From Guillardia theta CCMP2712 (taxonomy: Eukaryota; Protista; Cryptophyta), in assembly GCF_000315625.1 (NCBI RefSeq), contig NW_005434672.1, positions 1,116,336 to 1,180,335 of the forward strand: a DNA stretch of 64,000 bases. The letters are read 5' to 3'. The notes below the pieces were generated by a model. That model saw nothing but the letters and a program-made list of their open reading frames with translations, was not told where the DNA came from and did no database searches. The translations under genes were made by a program, and so were the position numbers. Positions 58,695 through 64,000 of this stretch are shown piece after piece. Every line of letters begins with the position of its first letter. Position 1 is the first letter of the stretch.

Positions 58695-59132
58695 CTCTCC
58701 GTTGCCGCCCTCAGCTGTCTACCAGATCGCCGCCATGCCACGTGTCCCAACAAGCGCAGGAAAACTCTTCGCTGCCTGCATCGGAGGAGATTAGAAAGCA
58801 GGCTACTGATGCACATGAGCGCGGGACAGGGCAGGGGAGGAGTAGAGTGCAGAGCAGAGCAGAGCAGAGGAAGCAGATGGGTTGGGGAGAGGGATAGTGA
58901 GGAGGAGAGGAGGAGAGGAGATCATGGGCCACGTACAGAATTGGGCAGAAGGCTGTGAGAGGGTAAAACGAGAGGGAGGCAACGAGGAGAAGGAAATGAA
59001 AGAGGAGGAGGAGGAGGAGGAGGAGGAGGAGGAGGAGGAGGAGGAGGAGGAGGAGGAGGAGGAGGAGAGCATGTATCAACCATTGGCCATGGATTTCAAC
59101 TTGCTAGCTGACCTGCACGGCTGCAATGGCAC

Positions 59133-61057
59133 ATGCGGGGACCATGGGGCCGCATGTGCAGAGTGGGGCATGCGCGCAGGAGGCGACATGCGAAGGCGAG
59201 GATGGAGCTCCAGGTGCGGTCCTTGTCGTCTCCTCCCTTCTCTTGCCCTTTTCCCCTGCCATGCTCCTGCTTTGTCCTTCTGATCCGGATGATACTTGCT
59301 GGCAGGAATCAGCAGTGGGGGAGAGAAACGCTCTGAGGAGGAGGAGGAGGAGAGCGAGTGGATAACAGTGAGATGAGGAGGGGAGGAAGGGGAGAGCAGA
59401 GCTGACATGCTTGCTAGGGGCAGGTTCTCCGCAGGAGGAAGATGCGTCGAAACTTGCTGTTGGTGTACATGAAGATCGAGGGAGAGGGCGAGGGAGGGCT
59501 GGTGTTGCTGGTGATGTCTGTGGAGACATCGTCCAGCGAGGTCTTCGAGGAGTTCAGAGCGAACGTGCGGCCAGGCGATCGCATACGAGTGACGGGGAAG
59601 GTGCAAGAGCCGGGGGTCGATGCCGTCGCATGTCAGTTCGAGGTCTTTTGCAGGGACTTTGCGATAGAGGAGAAGTGGGAGACGGAGAAGAGGGGCTGCT
59701 TCCAAGACAGGACAGCAGCACTCGTATCTGGTCCGAGCATGCAGGAGGAGATGAGCGTTGATCAAGATGCTCCTCTCTGCAAGGCGTGGATCAACACAGG
59801 ACAGTGCTTGAAGGGGGCAGCGTGCAGGTACCGACACGACACTGGGGGGGAGACGATCGGCAAGGCGCGAGCGATGTGGGTGGCGGAGAGGAGGAGGCAG
59901 AGGCTGGTCTGTAGTCTTCTGTCAGGAGCTGAGGACGCCTGACGCCCTCCTGCCCTGCAGCAAACTCCTTCTGCCCTCGGGGACCACCTCCCGCCCTCTG
60001 ACAAGTGCAGCAAGAGGCAACGAGCGGTGAGGAGCAAGGAGCACTGTTTTTGTGTCCTCGGCTGAGCTCTACTCGCACAGTCCATCTTCTGCAGGTGGTT
60101 GATCGACACGTTCGGCAAGGAGAAGATGTCTCGAGGGGTTCTGGATGGTGAGGATGAAGAATTTCGCGCTGATATCCTTCTTCCCTTCTCGTTTCCCTCC
60201 TCCCTCCTCCCTCCTCCCTCCTCCCTCCTCCCTCTTCGTTTCCCTCCTCTCTCCTGCCTTTCCTCCATCCTTCGTTTGATCTCTCAGTCGCTCTGCCAAC
60301 TTGCTTGCTCGAGCATCTCTCCGCCTCCACACCTCTCTTCTTGCCCTCCTCACACGTCTCGTCTCGCCCTCCAGTGGCGGGAGGAAGCGGGGAGCTCAGT
60401 TACGAGATGGTCATCATGAGCAGGATACGATCGACAGTCGTGAGTTGTGAGAACCTTCCTTCCTCTCCCTCACCTGCTGCTGCAGGTTGACCCCCAGGCC
60501 GATCAAGTTCAACAAGTGGCAGCATCGGTACCTCCCCGCAACATTGCCAACCTCCTCGCTCCTCGTTTCAATTCATAGACTCTTCCTCCTCCTCCTCTCC
60601 TTCTTCCTACTCCTCTCTCTCCCTCCTCCTTCTCCACGTTCTCAGTCTCGTCCTCATCTATTTTGTATCCTTCTCTTTCAATCGTCGCACACTACCCAAC
60701 TCTGATCTCCTCTCCTCGTCTCACCCGTCCGCTGCTCCATCCCATCCTCTCCCTACCTTCCTCGTCTTCTTATGCAGCTTTCTCAGCTTTCTCGAAAATT
60801 CCATTCAGCAAGGACAGGCAGACATCAGCGAGTTGCTGCTTCCTCCGACCATGTATCAGGACAAGTCGGACCTCCTGGAGCATTTGCGGGGATGCCGGAG
60901 AAGGTTCGCGAAGTTGCGGTGGATGAGGATCTGGGCGAGGAGAAGGGAAGGGGGGGGGGAGGGGGAGGTGAAGGGGTAGAGCAAGAGGAGGGAGAGTCGA
61001 GGCATGGAATGAAGAAAGGGATGGGGAAGGGGACAAAGCAGGAGGAGGCTGGTGGGG

Positions 61058-61129
<72 letters not shown>

Positions 61130-61619
61130 GGGATTGATCGCTTGCTGCAGGGAAGGATGCGATTGCGCGCAGCTTTTCCTGAAGCAAGAGCAGAGGCTCT
61201 TCGGCGAATCTTTTCTAGAGGATCCTGAATGCTCCAAAACTTTCGATGAGGTGAAGGAGGAGAGAGAAGGGGGGCGGACGAAGAGAAGTAGAGAAGGAAA
61301 GAGGGGGTGGAGGATGAAGCGGAAGTGTGACAGAAAGATCGGAGAGGAAGGGGCTGAAGCAAGGAGATTTGAGGAGGAGGAGGAGGGGCAGCAGCAGCAG
61401 CAGCNNNNNNNNNNNNNNNNNNNNNNNNNNNNNNNNNNNNNNNNNNNNNNNNNNNNNNNNNNNNNNNNNNNNNNNNNNNNNNNNNNNNNNNNNNNNNNNN
61501 NNNNGGAGGAGGGAAGGGGGGAGGGGGAGGTGAAGGGGTAGAGCAAGAGGAGGGAGAGTCGAGGCATGGAATGAAGAAAGGGATGGGGAAGGGGACAAAG
61601 CAGGAGGAGGCTGGTGGGG

Positions 61620-61691
<72 letters not shown>

Positions 61692-61948
61692 GGGATTGAT
61701 CGCTTGCTGCAGGGAAGGATGCGATTGCGCGCAGCTTTTCCTGAAGCAAGAGCAGAGGCTCTTCGGCGAATCTTTTCTAGAGGATCCTGAATGCTCCAAA
61801 ACTTTCGATGAGGTGAAGGAGGAGAGAGAAGGGGGGCGGACGAAGAGAAGTAGAGAAGGAAAGAGGGGGTGGAGGATGAAGCGGAAGTGTGACAGAAAGA
61901 TCGGAGAGGAAGGGGCTGAAGCAAGGAGATTTGAGGAGGAGGAGGAGG

Positions 61949-61993
<45 letters not shown>

Positions 61994-62285
61994 GGGGTTC
62001 ACTGACTTATCTCCATCAAGTCTGCAGTGATTGTCGGCCTGCACCCTGACGAGGCCACCGACATCATCGTCAACTTCTCCCTGGTCCTAGCCGCAGCCTC
62101 CCGGCATGCCTGACGACAGTTCAGGCGCACAGGAAGCCGTTCGCAATCATCCCCTGCTGCGTGTTCTCGCATCAGAATCCCCACAGGAGGCTGGAGGACG
62201 GCAGACCTGTTTCCTCCTACGAGGACTATGTCTCCTACCTTCGGCAACGAGGTCAAGAGATCTCCCCTCCTCCAGCTATCCCTCC
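59133..62285 (+). CDS. OB-fold + CCCH zinc finger + SAM-dependent methyltransferase-like protein (partial, gaps)
   Basis: OB-like VRPGDRIRVTGKV. CCCH CKAWINTGQCLKGAACRYRH. MTase-like motifs VLD|VAGGSGELS, VDPRP, IVGLHPDEATDIIV, KPFAIIPCCVF. Confidence 0.72.
61505..61975 (+). repeat. Gap-flanking direct duplicate of ~60940-61404
   Basis: Essentially identical sequence on both sides of a 100-N gap. Probably an unmerged contig overlap. Confidence 0.85.
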
Positions 62286-62412
62286 NNNNNNNNNNNNNNN
62301 NNNNNNNNNNNNNNNNNNNNNNNNNNNNNNNNNNNNNNNNNNNNNNNNNNNNNNNNNNNNNNNNNNNNNNNNNNNNNNNNNNNNNNNNNNNNNNNNNNNN
62401 NNNNNNNNNNNN

Positions 62413-64000
62413 TCCCCTCTTGACGATAGCGTCGACCCATCGCTTCGCTCCTTCCCTCCATTTTCCTTGGCTGTACCTTGAGAACTGCGGGATGCAAACA
62501 AAGAACTCCGCCATAGCCCACAGCACTTGCAGCACGCCCTTGACGTCTCGGGACATCATCAGGCCCTGCGCGTTGGTGGCGAGCCGGAACCCTCTCCTGT
62601 TCAAGAAGTCGATGATGGTGGCGAAGTTGAGGAGCGCGTCCTCTTCAGTGCGCGGAGAAAGTTCGGGAGCAAGCACCTTGCTCGCGTCCAGGGCATCCAC
62701 CAGTGCAACCAAACACTGAGAGTCACGGAAGGCTGCTCGCAAGTCCGAGGGGCATACATCCCCTATCACTGACGCGATCCAACTTCTCAGGCAGCTCAGC
62801 TGCTCCTCCTCCTCCGCGCTTGCCTGCATCTCTCCGTTGCCGCCCTCAGCTGTCTACCAGATCGCCGCCATGCCACGTGTCCCAACAAGCGCAGGAAAAC
62901 TCTTCGCTGCCTGCATCGGAGGAGATTAGAAAGCAGGCTACTGATGCACATGAGCGCGGGACAGGGCAGGGGAGGAGTAGAGTGCAGAGCAGAGCAGAGC
63001 AGAGGAAGAGGAGGAGGAGGAGGAGGAGGAGGAGGAGGAGGAGGAGGAGGAGAGACTATCTAACGAGGGAGAGGAGGGCGCGCGAAAGGATCAGAGCATG
63101 TATCAACCATTGGCCATGGATTTCAACTTGCTAGCTGACCTGCACGGCTGCAATGGCACATGCGGGGACCATGGGGCCGCATGTGCAGAGTGGGGCATGC
63201 GCGCAGGAGGCGACATGCGAAGGCGAGGATGGAGCTCCAGGTGCGGTCCTTGTCGTCTCCTCCCTTCTCTTGCCCTTTTCCCCTGCCATGCTCCTGCTTT
63301 GTCCTTCTGATCCGGATGATACTTGCTGGCAGGAATCAGCAGTGGGGGAGAGAAACGCTCTGAGGAGGAGGAGGAGGAGAGCGAGTGGATAACAGTGAGA
63401 TGAGGAGGGGAGGAAGGGGAGAGCAGAGCTGACATGCTTGCTAGGGGCAGGTTCTCCGCAGGAGGAAGATGCGTCGAAACTTGCTGTTGGTGTACATGAA
63501 GATCGAGGGAGAGGGCGAGGGAGGGCTGGTGTTGCTGGTGATGTCTGTGGAGACATCGTCCAGCGAGGTCTTCGAGGAGTTCAGAGCGAACGTGCGGCCA
63601 GGCGATCGCATACGAGTGACGGGGAAGGTGCAAGAGCCGGGGGTCGATGCCGTCGCATGTCAGTTCGAGGTCTTTTGCAGGGACTTTGCGATAGAGGAGA
63701 AGTGGGAGACGGAGAAGAGGGGCTGCTTCCAAGACAGGACAGCAGCACTCGTATCTGGTCCGAGCATGCAGGAGGAGATGAGCGTTGATCAAGATGCTCC
63801 TCTCTGCAAGGCGTGGATCAACACAGGACAGTGCTTGAAGGGGGCAGCGTGCAGGTACCGACACGACACTGGGGGGGAGACGATCGGCAAGGCGCGAGCG
63901 ATGTGGGTGGCGGAGAGGAGGAGGCAGAGGCTGGTCTGTAGTCTTCTGTCAGGAGCTGAGGACGCCTGACGCCCTCCTGCCCTGCAGCAAACTCCTTCTG
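62413..64000 (+). repeat. Direct duplicate of ~58278-59973 (second copy or allele of the CH-gene/MTase-gene divergent junction)
   Basis: Coding parts appear identical (ORFs 63469-63969 and 59442-59942). One purine-rich segment differs. Confidence 0.92.

Noticed and set aside
61505-61975. Tandem exon duplication in the methyltransferase-like gene
   Set aside because: Identical sequence on both sides of a 100-N gap is typical of an unmerged contig overlap.

Overview
Intron-rich eukaryotic nuclear DNA from a draft assembly with several N gaps. The short GT-AG introns, microsatellite-filled introns and GC-rich exons resemble a cryptophyte alga such as Guillardia or Hanusia (inference, not verified). 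About 14 protein-coding loci can be supported: a 4-TM protein, a very large TPR/multi-IQ/ankyrin gene, a second IQ gene, a YccF protein, a kinesin-like/DEP/DUF547 fusion, a head-to-head inverted pair of receptor kinase-guanylyl cyclases with a solute-binding-protein ectodomain, a GT41 (OGT/SPY) glycosyltransferase, a DnaJ, an F-box protein with an ATG2/VPS13-C-like motif, a SPRY protein, a coiled-coil protein, a CH-CH-RING-B-box-coiled-coil-Kelch protein and an OB/CCCH/methyltransferase-like protein. The most notable observations are: (1) a GC-rich island at about 13.1-14.5 kb carrying a truncated herpesvirus/mirusvirus-like terminase nuclease domain, probably an endogenous viral relic; (2) the 4.4-kb inverted receptor duplication, near-identical except for sharp patches, one of them in the ligand-binding domain; (3) a recurring intergenic motif vocabulary of TACCCC/GGGGTA tracts, CCGG islands and AT blocks. 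Domain calls come from motif recognition by eye. Boundaries of multi-exon genes are approximate.
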